Positions 1 to 8,279 of a DNA stretch of 64,000 bases are shown here, piece after piece (position 1 is the first letter of the stretch; every line of letters begins with the position of its first letter). The DNA comes from a virus (lineage: Duplodnaviria; Caudoviricetes), in the IMG/VR virus record IMGVR_UViG_3300029288_002061, positions 1 to 64,000 of that record, one strand, 5' to 3'. Below the pieces are notes generated by a model. The model saw only the letters and a list, made by a program, of their open reading frames with translations. It was not told the origin of the DNA and made no database searches. A program made the position numbers and the translations under genes.

Positions 1-17
1 CTTGTTCCTGAAGGTTC

Positions 18-53
18 GTTGCAATAATAGCAGGGGGCGAAGCCCCCTGCAAG
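18..53 (-). repeat. 36-nt CRISPR-repeat-like hairpin element (CTTGCAGGGGGCTTCGCCCCCTGCTATTATTGCAAC); alternatively a terminator or sigma70 promoter
   Basis: 9-bp stem GCAGGGGGC/GCCCCCTGC followed by TATTATTGCAAC; last 8 nt differ by one base from the ATTGAAAC handle; same length and same first 6 and last 15 nt as the element at 22148-22183. Confidence 0.55.
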
Positions 54-54
54 A

Positions 55-302
55 GTCGTCTACCTAAATGGATAAACGACAAATAGTTACTACAGCGTTT
101 TCGAGCGCCTTCAAAGAAAGCAACCAAAAACGCAAGTTTCCCTTCGATTGTCAAAGATACTTCCTGCATAACTATGTGCTACTAATGACTTTATATATTT
201 GCGAGCGCCTATTTTAGTACCATCGCTACATAACTACAGTATCCGTACTGACTTATGCCGTTTTTCTGGCATATTGTCGTTATTACAGCACAGGCGCTCG
301 CA
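55..302 (-). ncRNA. Candidate structured ncRNA directly downstream of cas7
   Basis: 13-bp closing stem 290-302/200-212 enclosing nested helices; second three-way domain 83-175; hairpin 55-80; many G-U pairs that work only on the minus strand. Confidence 0.6.
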
Positions 303-1127
303 TTAACCGATGATATCGAATTCAATACCATTCTTACTGCATACGTCTGCAATTTCCTTTTCAGAGCGGAATACAATATCATCGATATCACGGGGATAGT
401 CGATCCCGGCTTTCACAGTCGGCATAACCAGCTTTGAAAGCACATTGTAGTTTACCTTCCGCTTTTGTTGCTGAAATACGTAGATCTTACAGGTACAGGA
501 TCGTCCGAGTGCTGCAGACCCCTTATAGTCATAGGCACGGAAAGCGGCCTGCAAAAGAAGCTCAAGATCATCATCGGTAACGCCATTGACCTTTCCCATA
601 TCGGGGAAATAATTGATATTGGCCTGATATACCGAATAGGGAATGAAAGACCGCTTTGCAAAAGATCCTTGTTTTCCGTCTTCACGGGACGGCGTAGTCA
701 TACTGACATTGACGGTTTCGACTTCAGATACCGAATAGAATTCAGGGATCTGTACGGCACCGACAATAGGAGATCCTTCACAGAAAGTAGCCCCGAAGAG
801 TCGTGCATCGACAAAATCAGCACAGAACTTCTTTCGCGGATCAATTTCTTCTGTATCCTTTTCCTTACCTTTGGTCTTTTTTGCGTTCTTTACCCCGTAC
901 TGAGCAAAGATATCATTAAGATTCTGTCCGCGCTTGCAGTAGATCTTATTACCTTCGGATTCCATATAGCCACGGATACGGGCTTTATAGGACACCCCGG
1001 TAACTAGTCCACGACCATCGGGCATGATTCGCGGAGCGCCCTCATTATCGGGATCACCATTCAAATTACCCATGACACATTCGATGATCGGATACGCATT
1101 GATAGTGTTCTTACTGGAAATCTTCAT
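303..1127 (-). CDS. cas7: Cas7 (type I-C / Csd2-like) backbone subunit
   Basis: NGDPDNEGAPRI, GLVTGVSYKARIR, DARLFG, GAVQI and GVTDDDLELL motifs; start moved to ATG 1127 behind AGAAAGG. Confidence 0.9.
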   Translation of the reverse strand: MKISSKNTINAYPIIECVMGNLNGDPDNEGAPRIMPDGRGLVTGVSYKARIRGYMESEGNKIYCKRGQNLNDIFAQYGVKNAKKTKGKEKDTEEIDPRKKFCADFVDARLFGATFCEGSPIVGAVQIPEFYSVSEVETVNVSMTTPSREDGKQGSFAKRSFIPYSVYQANINYFPDMGKVNGVTDDDLELLLQAAFRAYDYKGSAALGRSCTCKIYVFQQQKRKVNYNVLSKLVMPTVKAGIDYPRDIDDIVFRSEKEIADVCSKNGIEFDIIG

Positions 1128-1140
1128 GTTAGTGCCTTTC

Positions 1141-1617
1141 TTAATCTTCTTGGTCTTCAATCTGGTTATTTTCGACAACTTCACAGGTACCGCTTTCTTC
1201 GTTTTTGTCTTCTTTTTCCGTTTTTGACGCTTTCAGCATGTCGATAAAGGACTTCATTTCTTGGTAGAACCCATACTCGAATGCAATATTCTGTTCCGGA
1301 TTGAGCCTCTTTTGGAAGTTTGGGCCGATTTCCTGTAAAATCTCTCCATAACGCTGTTCCAGCTTATTACCGAAAGCTACGTTCTTACAGTAATAACGGA
1401 TATTTCCACCGTTTTGTACAAGAAACCTCTCCGGATTTGCTTTAATGCCGTTCACGTTCTTTACCGCATACGTCGGGGAACAGTACAAAGACTCCCGTTT
1501 ATCATAGTCTTTATAGCTATTCTGCTTTTGTCGCGAGGCACAAGACAGGATAAAGAACAATCTTCCCGTGTCAGACGCTTTCTTGGCTTCCGGAGTCTTA
1601 AATTCTCCATTCTCCAT
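1141..1617 (-). CDS. cas11: Probable internally translated Cas11 small subunit (158 aa, in frame within cas8c)
   Basis: GGAGGT Shine-Dalgarno 9 nt before in-frame ATG at 1617, just before the GRLF helical domain, as established for type I-C cas8. Confidence 0.65.
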   Translation of the reverse strand: MENGEFKTPEAKKASDTGRLFFILSCASRQKQNSYKDYDKRESLYCSPTYAVKNVNGIKANPERFLVQNGGNIRYYCKNVAFGNKLEQRYGEILQEIGPNFQKRLNPEQNIAFEYGFYQEMKSFIDMLKASKTEKEDKNEESGTCEVVENNQIEDQED

Positions 1618-3066
1618 GATTGAATTACCTCCCTCGGTTTCCCTTGTCAATGCCAATCGAATCATAGCCGGAACAACAATATTATACTGTGATAGCCGAT
1701 ATCGACGGAAATATCTAACAAGCTCTGATATCACGAATGACGGTACAGGAGCTTTATCCGTAGAATTCAGCAAGAATTCTGTGAATGATTCTGCCCATTT
1801 AGGCAATACTTCGGAATAAATCTTCTTATCCATATCGAATTTCTTATGAATCCTTGCGTGGATTTCGTTCTTTTCATCCGGAGCCAATACACTTGTACAG
1901 AACTCTTCAAGAAGCGTATCAACGATGGATTTCCTGATTCCCGTCTTGCTAATCTTCGCAACAAGGGCATTGAAGAATGCTTGCCCTCCAAGATCATCAT
2001 AAACAGCTTTAAGAGAATTAACCATGACCGATGCCGGAATGTCTTTTCCCTCGGTAAAGGTAAATCTGGTATCGGCTCCGCCCATTCCAAATCGGACGAT
2101 ATGGCACATGTCCGCGCCGTAGGCACTTGTAGCATTATTGAACTTTTTGGTTACTGACAGAAAATTCGATACCGATTTTTCCGGATTAAGGAACTTTACA
2201 AAGTCTTCCACTTCTTTAATAGCACTCACAAAGAGCATGTCCTTGGAGGACTTATGAAAGGTCTTATTGCCGATAACGATATCGTCATAGGCAAACTTTA
2301 CCTTATCCGCACACTCCGAGCATATATAGAGGTCGCATCCGCCATAATAGCGTGACGTATCATCCTCTGTTGTCATCAATACTGCGCCAGTAGTACGTCC
2401 TTTTACTCCCTTGACAATCCCTAGCTTCTGCGTCTTCTTCACGTATTTTCCTGTTTTTTGGCAATACGGGCAAAATCCAGACTTACCGGTACTGTCATCA
2501 CGATAGGTATTGAAGTATCCTGACCAGATTTCTTGGAAATCAGGGTCTTCCACAAAGAAAGACTCATTAATAACGTCTACCGAGAACGCGGCTGTCAAAG
2601 ATACTTTCCCATCGCTGCTTTTAAGCCCTTTTTCAATAAGTCCATCCAACAAGTTTTGTGACAGAGGCTTTGAAACGCAATCAACAATTTGCTGGATCCC
2701 GGCAAGGATCTTCTTGGGTGCTTTTACTTGCTTTGCGTAGTCAAGGAATCGTTTATATATTGCTACCGTTCCTTCCTCCCCGTCAAAAGCCGGTCGCCGC
2801 TTAGGCCAATTACTAAAGAGATAGGCACACCCATCGATACCAAAGCGTGTATCAATATTGCTTGATCTGGAAAGCTGCAAAAGTCGCGGTGCCAATAGCT
2901 TAACAAAATGGGCCTTTGGGTTGTCAATATCTACGCAATCCCTTACAGCGACAATTTCTCCATTTTTGATAACCAACTTTACATTGGCTTTCAAATACTC
3001 AAAAGCAGTATAGTCATACTCAGGAGTTGCTCTATTCGTATAGTCGATAAGCCAGCTCAATGACAT
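1141..3066 (-). CDS. cas8c: Divergent Cas8c/Csd1-like large subunit
   Basis: 641 aa between cas5 and cas7; RSSNI motif, CPYC...CSEC zinc finger, C-terminal GRLF and EQNIAFEYGFYQE motifs. Confidence 0.75.
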   Translation of the reverse strand: MSLSWLIDYTNRATPEYDYTAFEYLKANVKLVIKNGEIVAVRDCVDIDNPKAHFVKLLAPRLLQLSRSSNIDTRFGIDGCAYLFSNWPKRRPAFDGEEGTVAIYKRFLDYAKQVKAPKKILAGIQQIVDCVSKPLSQNLLDGLIEKGLKSSDGKVSLTAAFSVDVINESFFVEDPDFQEIWSGYFNTYRDDSTGKSGFCPYCQKTGKYVKKTQKLGIVKGVKGRTTGAVLMTTEDDTSRYYGGCDLYICSECADKVKFAYDDIVIGNKTFHKSSKDMLFVSAIKEVEDFVKFLNPEKSVSNFLSVTKKFNNATSAYGADMCHIVRFGMGGADTRFTFTEGKDIPASVMVNSLKAVYDDLGGQAFFNALVAKISKTGIRKSIVDTLLEEFCTSVLAPDEKNEIHARIHKKFDMDKKIYSEVLPKWAESFTEFLLNSTDKAPVPSFVISELVRYFRRYRLSQYNIVVPAMIRLALTRETEGGNSIMENGEFKTPEAKKASDTGRLFFILSCASRQKQNSYKDYDKRESLYCSPTYAVKNVNGIKANPERFLVQNGGNIRYYCKNVAFGNKLEQRYGEILQEIGPNFQKRLNPEQNIAFEYGFYQEMKSFIDMLKASKTEKEDKNEESGTCEVVENNQIEDQED

Positions 3067-3689
3067 GTCAGAGTCTCCTTCTTGGCATTCTCATATTCAA
3101 CCCAGCCATTTTCTACGTTGGCATAGAAAAAAGTTGGGTTCTTCCGCGTTACTTTGTCAATGTTGAAGTAAGCCAGACCAAGCGGAAGATTGATGGTATT
3201 CTTCATCCTTAGCGCGTCTTGAACCGGAATAGATTCAAAATATGCAATAAAGTCGGATCGACCCATACAGGGATGTCCTTTGATACAATTCCCTGTTCTT
3301 GCGCTCTCAAGGAAAATTGCGTGATACTTCGCCTCATTACAGTCTTTTCGTCTTTCTGGCAGAATCTGATCCTTATTCAGTTCAATACGGGCAATCGCCG
3401 TATACTTCGGTTTGAATAAGCATCTTTGGATTCGCTGTTGAGGCTCATTATGCCCAAAATCCTTATACTCATTAACCATCAGCTGTACAGTAGAGGGGAT
3501 TTCGTGCAAGAACAACTTTTCAACCACATATTTAAACTGTGGTTTACGGTAGATTTTTGAAAAAACAGCCGTTACTGCCGATTCCGGCGGAAGAAGCTGT
3601 GAAATCGGATCTGCTTGTGTACCCGGAATAGTCCACAAAGCCAAATCACCCCAGAAAGTAATAGCAACTCTTTTTTGTTCCGTGTACAT
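3057..3689 (-). CDS. cas5: Cas5 (type I-C / Cas5d-like)
   Basis: WGDLALWT, PESA...IYRKP, NE, QQR and PCMGRSDF (cf. PYLGxREF) motifs; overlaps the cas8 start. Confidence 0.85.
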   Translation of the reverse strand: MYTEQKRVAITFWGDLALWTIPGTQADPISQLLPPESAVTAVFSKIYRKPQFKYVVEKLFLHEIPSTVQLMVNEYKDFGHNEPQQRIQRCLFKPKYTAIARIELNKDQILPERRKDCNEAKYHAIFLESARTGNCIKGHPCMGRSDFIAYFESIPVQDALRMKNTINLPLGLAYFNIDKVTRKNPTFFYANVENGWVEYENAKKETLTCH

Positions 3690-3709
3690 ACAGTCCCTTT
3701 CTGTTATGC

Positions 3710-3746
3710 ACTATACTAGATAAAACAACCGAAGTCAAGAGAAAAA
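3710..3746 (-). promoter_or_regulatory. Early sigma70-type promoter of the cas operon
   Basis: TTGACT (3733-3738), 17 bp, TATAGT (3710-3715), preceded by ATTTTTCTC as in the other copies. Confidence 0.85.
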
Positions 3747-3843
3747 TAATTATTTTTATGCTTTTGGTGTTCCTTTTATATTTGCTGTTAGGCCACTGAT
3801 TACCCCGCCGGACGGCGTACAGCTTGAAATTGTGATCCATTTT

Positions 3844-4884
3844 TCATTCTCCGTGCTTGAAGCAATATTCCGGGCTAACCGCCTTAAACGACATATACTT
3901 ACCGTTGATGGGTTCACAGGTGCGGAATACCAGACCTTCCGCCTGAGTACCGTTCTTGTACCGCGCCTTGGCGACTTCTGACATGATTTCTTCAATGGTT
4001 TCCCATTTGAACGTCCCCTGAAAGTACAGATCAGCCATCGGGAGGCTATACATGGAACAGAAAAGAAGCATGTCGGAGTACGAAAGAGCCTGTTTGTTAA
4101 AGTACACGTTGAACACCCGGATTTCCGGCTCTTTCAGGGTTTCCGAGTTACCCTGAATCTTCGGGCCGACGATTTCCGACTGAATCACGTATCCGGCGGG
4201 GATGTCGGCCAGCCTGTATTTCTTTGCCATTTCCCAGTACACCCCGTCATTGAGGCTCAGTTCCTGATTGCGGGAACACACCCGGAGCTTCTTTCCCTGC
4301 CGGATGAAGGTGGCGCTGGTACCATCGTGCTTGATCGTGGCATAGCACTGATTGCCCTTGAAGAAGCGGAGACGCGCCATGCAGCCCTGAATGCGGTCTT
4401 CATCGGTCTTCGATACCAATTCGGTCGGGAACGACCCGTTGGGTTCAAAATACCCGAAAAGGCCAAAGAGCTTCCACCGGAGATAGCTGTACCACTTGGC
4501 AAAGAAGCCCTTCTGGACGTTATTCGACTTACCCTGATCGGGAGTCTCTTTCTCAAACTTCGTCACCCCAACCAGCGCGGTAACGTCGGTTCCGTCGGCA
4601 TACGTACCCGTGGGGAGGATACTCATGGGGAAGCAGATACCCTGAGAGTAGAATCCCCGGATTTTCATGGTCTTGACCCGGAATTTCTTGTCACGGAGGA
4701 ATTCAAACTCCGGCTTTTCCGGGAGGACGCTATCGACCTGTACGTAAACGCACTGATCCCCGACCTTGAATTCGTCTTTCTTGACAACAACCATCCAGCC
4801 AAGGACGGCGGCGATTTCGACCTTATCGGCGTTTTCGTGCGGTACGATAGCGGTAATGGTTTCAACAGTGGCAAGCGTGTTCAT
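3844..4884 (-). CDS. RNA ligase (DRB0094/Rnl2-like, N-terminal OB domain)
   Basis: HENADKVE N-terminus, KTDEDRIQ, motif I KHDGTS, CSRN, EIVGPKIQGN, EGLVFR, SFKAVS. Confidence 0.88.
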   Translation of the reverse strand: MNTLATVETITAIVPHENADKVEIAAVLGWMVVVKKDEFKVGDQCVYVQVDSVLPEKPEFEFLRDKKFRVKTMKIRGFYSQGICFPMSILPTGTYADGTDVTALVGVTKFEKETPDQGKSNNVQKGFFAKWYSYLRWKLFGLFGYFEPNGSFPTELVSKTDEDRIQGCMARLRFFKGNQCYATIKHDGTSATFIRQGKKLRVCSRNQELSLNDGVYWEMAKKYRLADIPAGYVIQSEIVGPKIQGNSETLKEPEIRVFNVYFNKQALSYSDMLLFCSMYSLPMADLYFQGTFKWETIEEIMSEVAKARYKNGTQAEGLVFRTCEPINGKYMSFKAVSPEYCFKHGE

Positions 4885-4908
4885 AGATTCCCTTTCATTA
4901 TTCGTTTA

Positions 4909-5424
4909 TTATATTTTACATGCACCGGCTGCAAGCAATCTTGCTTCAACAATCTTATGCACATCCACGAACGTCATACCATCTGGGATCTCTACAAAAT
5001 GTACGTTTTCACATGCACCGACCTCGATATCAAAGTCAGAAAATATCTTTTCAAGAGCCGCGTAAATCTTATCATTTTCTATATCATCAATACCCCCGAA
5101 TCCGTCGTCCGGCCCGCACATAAAAGAAACGGTATCCCCGGAAAGCGGCCCCATTTCAAATGGGCAATTCAATTTTGCCTTACTTGGCGACTTTATCCCG
5201 ATGGTAGTATTACTCGTGTTCGCTGGTTTTGTGGCATTACTTTGGACTGACGGCTGTTTGTATGTAGCCGCCACGGGCGAATCATTTTCCTCTTTTTCAG
5301 GTTCTTTATCAAAAAGCGCCATGCCGTCTTTCTGTACTATCCCAATAGCACAAAGAGGACATACTTTTTCGATATTATCACAATCATCAAACACAAGATT
5401 ATTACACTTTGAACAAATATACAT
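4909..5424 (-). CDS. Hypothetical protein with N-terminal zinc ribbon
   Basis: CSKC...CPLC; AAAGGGA RBS. Confidence 0.6.
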   Translation of the reverse strand: MYICSKCNNLVFDDCDNIEKVCPLCAIGIVQKDGMALFDKEPEKEENDSPVAATYKQPSVQSNATKPANTSNTTIGIKSPSKAKLNCPFEMGPLSGDTVSFMCGPDDGFGGIDDIENDKIYAALEKIFSDFDIEVGACENVHFVEIPDGMTFVDVHKIVEARLLAAGACKI

Positions 5425-5456
5425 ACTTTTCCCTTTCATTGTCTGAGAAAAACCCA

Positions 5457-5554
5457 AGCCGGTTGGAGCCTTCTACACCATCAGGGCAGCTCCGTGTGGT
5501 ATTACCCCGGTTAATCAGACCGTGGCGGATGGTTACACCCTTTCGGAACCGGCT
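5457..5554 (-). ncRNA. Candidate ~100-nt pseudoknotted RNA downstream of an early promoter
   Basis: Closing stem AGCCGGTT/AACCGGCT, GAAA tetraloop hairpin, internal hairpins, ACCATC/GATGGT long-range pairing, followed by a T-run. Confidence 0.45.
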
Positions 5555-5597
5555 ACTTATTTGTTTTGCAGACGTATGCAGTTCCCTTTACCCCTAT

Positions 5598-5634
5598 AGC
5601 ATACACCACCGGAAGCGGGAAGTCAAGAGAAAAA
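5598..5634 (-). promoter_or_regulatory. Early sigma70-type promoter
   Basis: TTGACT 5621-5626, 17 bp, TATGCT; palindromic site 5565-5582 just downstream. Confidence 0.75.
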
Positions 5635-5642
5635 TACGAATT

Positions 5643-6098
5643 TTATTCCCATCCCGCAAATTCATCATGTTCCGCTTCTTTATACTTCCGTTTAAGGCGG
5701 GATGCCCGTTTCTGCTGCTTTGACTTCCGGATATCCCGTTTCTTCGTCTGTGAAGCATAGAAATCATCCAAGAGTTGCAGGAGTCTCAGGCACTGTGCCT
5801 TGTCAAACATCCCGATATGGGCCTTGGCCGGTGGGAGTTTAAACCACGTTGCCAGCCATTTATACGCCCCCGTCCGGGTATAGTATCCATCTTTCCACAG
5901 GTGGTCAAACCGCTTGTGGCATTTATACCGTAGATGCCGTACTTCTAACGTGGCGGGAGTACCAACCGGGGTTGTCGTTCCGGCGTGGCACCCAAGATAG
6001 CTGTTACATCTCTCGGTAGAACACCCGTAGTAGTTATCCCCGTTTTCCTTCTGTTTCAACACCATTGGCGCACCACAATCAGGGCAAATAAGATCCAT
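5643..6098 (-). CDS. DUF3268-like zinc-finger protein
   Basis: CPDCG...C...C..YLGCH.GT..P.GTPA, HKRFD.LW, RTGAYKWLA, HIGMFD. Confidence 0.75.
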   Translation of the reverse strand: MDLICPDCGAPMVLKQKENGDNYYGCSTERCNSYLGCHAGTTTPVGTPATLEVRHLRYKCHKRFDHLWKDGYYTRTGAYKWLATWFKLPPAKAHIGMFDKAQCLRLLQLLDDFYASQTKKRDIRKSKQQKRASRLKRKYKEAEHDEFAGWE

Positions 6099-6112
6099 AG
6101 ACAGTCTCCTTT

Positions 6113-7006
6113 TCAATAGAATCCGCGTTTTTCGAGCAAAGACTGGATCTCCCAAAGAGTCTTTTCAGCCACGTTTTCTTCCCTAACGGCGTCCGCGATA
6201 CTGCCGTAATGGGACTCAAAGACGTTCATGAGGACTCTCCGGATAGCCTCCTCATCGGGCTTTCGCGGGAGTGTACTCTTGGCGTAGAGTTCTTCCATCG
6301 ACTTTTCCTTGGTATCAAACCAAGACAGGATTTTTTCTTCCGTCCAGTCCCCACGGCGGACAGATTTCAGGATTTCACTGTTCCGCTCAAGGTCAAGATC
6401 CCCTTCGGTAAGGATCTGTTCGGCTTCCAGTAACAAACGAATCAGGTGATAAGCCCATTTAGTATCGAAACCAAGACGCTGTACGGTTTCAAACCGCTTT
6501 GACCCTTCTTTGGGCTGCTTGACACCCATTTTGTGCAACTGGCTATAAGCGTACCCACGGAATTTCTGGTAGCAATGGCTGCTCAGAAAGAGCTTCCGGT
6601 TTTCCCGCAGAATTTCCCCGATTTGGGTACAGTGCTTGATGCACCGGCGCGGACTGAAAAGCACATCCAGCATGTTCGGGTTATTCTCCATACAAAGATG
6701 GAAGAATTTGGCTACACCGTACAGGGTAACATCGTACTGTTTCCGGCTTTCCGGATCATCAATATGATGCTTCTGCCATGTGGTAAAACGCGGCTTAAGC
6801 TCACCAAATCCATCAATCTCCCCGGCCAGATGGGGAAATGCGATCTCCTTGGGCGGAATTACCCACCCAACAAGGTCTTCGTCGGAAGAGTCTGCGTTGT
6901 TACAGCCATAGGCGGTACTCCCGGTAATGGCAAGATACTGACAGTTTGGGATAGCCCACTTCGGCGGCTGAATAAGGTTTTGGTCATACAAGCGGTTAAG
7001 AATCAT
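6113..7006 (-). CDS. Nucleotidyltransferase (Pol beta superfamily, RlaP/YcgL-like)
   Basis: GSTAYG...SDED motif, NPNMLDVL, FDTKWAYHLIRLL. Confidence 0.85.
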   Translation of the reverse strand: MILNRLYDQNLIQPPKWAIPNCQYLAITGSTAYGCNNADSSDEDLVGWVIPPKEIAFPHLAGEIDGFGELKPRFTTWQKHHIDDPESRKQYDVTLYGVAKFFHLCMENNPNMLDVLFSPRRCIKHCTQIGEILRENRKLFLSSHCYQKFRGYAYSQLHKMGVKQPKEGSKRFETVQRLGFDTKWAYHLIRLLLEAEQILTEGDLDLERNSEILKSVRRGDWTEEKILSWFDTKEKSMEELYAKSTLPRKPDEEAIRRVLMNVFESHYGSIADAVREENVAEKTLWEIQSLLEKRGFY

Positions 7007-7019
7007 TTATAGCTCCTTA

Positions 7020-7274
7020 TCAATAGATACGTGAATCTTCAATACCGGTATAACGCCATTTCTCAAATACCATTACTGCCTCTTCTGGTGAATTCGCAAG
7101 TACACTCTTGGCACAAACTTGCCACAGGAAGTCATTGCCTTTGAAGTACCCCGGAACTGTTACCTTTTGAAGACATAGCGCGCCATTCTGGTCTTCAACC
7201 GATACCAATTGGCGATAATCATTTTGACCCTCATTTCGTTGATAATTCGCGGTTACACAGACAAGAAATTCCAT
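7020..7274 (-). CDS. Hypothetical protein
   Basis: ATG at 7274 after AAGGAGG; own promoter TTGACT 7320-7325 / TATAGT 7297-7302. Confidence 0.65.
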   Translation of the reverse strand: MEFLVCVTANYQRNEGQNDYRQLVSVEDQNGALCLQKVTVPGYFKGNDFLWQVCAKSVLANSPEEAVMVFEKWRYTGIEDSRIY

Positions 7275-7337
7275 AATTTCCTCCTTTTCTTCTATCACTA
7301 TACGCGATCTTAGACGGAAAGTCAAGAGAAAAATCAG

Positions 7338-7368
7338 AAAAATAAACCCCAACCTTTCGGCTGGGGTC
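7338..7368 (-). terminator. Intrinsic terminator after the tRNA cluster
   Basis: ACCCCAGCC-GAAA-GGTTGGGGT followed by TTATTTTT. Confidence 0.75.
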
Positions 7369-7398
7369 GGTTCCGAAGATACTATCTCCGGTGGGGTT

Positions 7399-7474
7399 TG
7401 GCGGGTTCTAGGGGAATTGAACCCCTGTTTAGAGATCGACAATCTCTCGTACTAGACCACTATACGAAGAACCC
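7399..7474 (-). tRNA. tRNA-Asp(GTC)
   Basis: Cloverleaf, AGAGA-TTGTCGA-TCTCT arm, GTTCAATTCC T arm, encoded CCA. Confidence 0.95.
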
Positions 7475-7476
7475 TT

Positions 7477-7551
<75 letters not shown>

Positions 7552-7560
7552 GTATAATTT

Positions 7561-7636
7561 TGGGTTGACTGGTCGTAATCGAAACGACGTTTCGGGAGCC
7601 ACAATCCCGCGCCTGAGCCTCTAGGCTACAGCCAAC
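7561..7636 (-). tRNA. tRNA-His(GTG)
   Basis: Cloverleaf with G-1:C73, TTGTGGC loop, encoded CCA. Confidence 0.92.
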
Positions 7637-7845
7637 ATGTTTACTACAAAAGGCATAGGATGATAAATGTCGCCCACCCTATACCGGTTCCGATTTTATA
7701 CTCCAAGACACAACCAAGAGCAAAGATACATACGATTGTCAGACACTTCTCAGCTTTCATGGCAATCCTCTTTCTTAAAGAAAAAGCCCCTGTCTCTCCG
7801 GGGTGTCACGCCTTTTTAGTCAGGGCGGCGTCTCCTGCTTTTTCT

Positions 7846-7920
7846 TGGTCGCGGGAGAGGGGATTGAACCCTCGACCTTGAGGTTATGGGCCTCACGAGC
7901 TACCTCTGCTCCATCCCGCT
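7846..7920 (-). tRNA. tRNA-Met(CAT), initiator-like
   Basis: CCCATAA loop, 1:72 mismatch (A.G), encoded CCA; promoter TTGACA 7955-7960 / TATACT 7932-7937. Confidence 0.9.
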
Positions 7921-7969
7921 ATGTTTATCCTAGTATACTTAATCAAAACCGCTTTGTCAAGAAATTACA

Positions 7970-8227
7970 TTATATGTTGTACTGGTGCCCAACATTTTGG
8001 AGTGCCACATTAACTTTCTTAGTATCCTGACTCGAATCAGATACTTTCAGTTCTATTGCTTCAAAATAATGGGTTGTTGTATCTGTACCATCATAACTAT
8101 TAACTCGGTACTCTACGTGTCCGAATCCGCTGATAAGAATACCCGTTATGATACCCTTGGCACGCGGGACTTCAAAACCAAATTCTACCACTGTACCACA
8201 CGGCATAACTGATATATTGTTCTGCAC
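7970..8227 (-). CDS. Hypothetical protein
   Basis: 85-aa ORF, GTG start after AGAGG. Confidence 0.55.
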   Translation of the reverse strand: MQNNISVMPCGTVVEFGFEVPRAKGIITGILISGFGHVEYRVNSYDGTDTTTHYFEAIELKVSDSSQDTKKVNVALQNVGHQYNI

Positions 8228-8279
8228 GGCACACCTCTTTATCCTATATTTTTACTGCATACGTATGCAGTAGATTATT

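Noticed and set aside
200-302. Retron msr-msd or a known self-cleaving ribozyme downstream of cas7
   Set aside because: No reverse transcriptase in the window and no hammerhead, twister, pistol or HDV core recognisable
3798-3830. Plus-strand I-C-repeat-like sequence ending TTGAAAT upstream of cas5
   Set aside because: Single copy, weak stem, opposite to transcription, and no second repeat at spacer distance
5480-5540. TPP riboswitch or hammerhead
   Set aside because: CTGAT and GTAATAC fragments are present, but the CTGAGA and CUGANGA/GAAA cores are not in the required order
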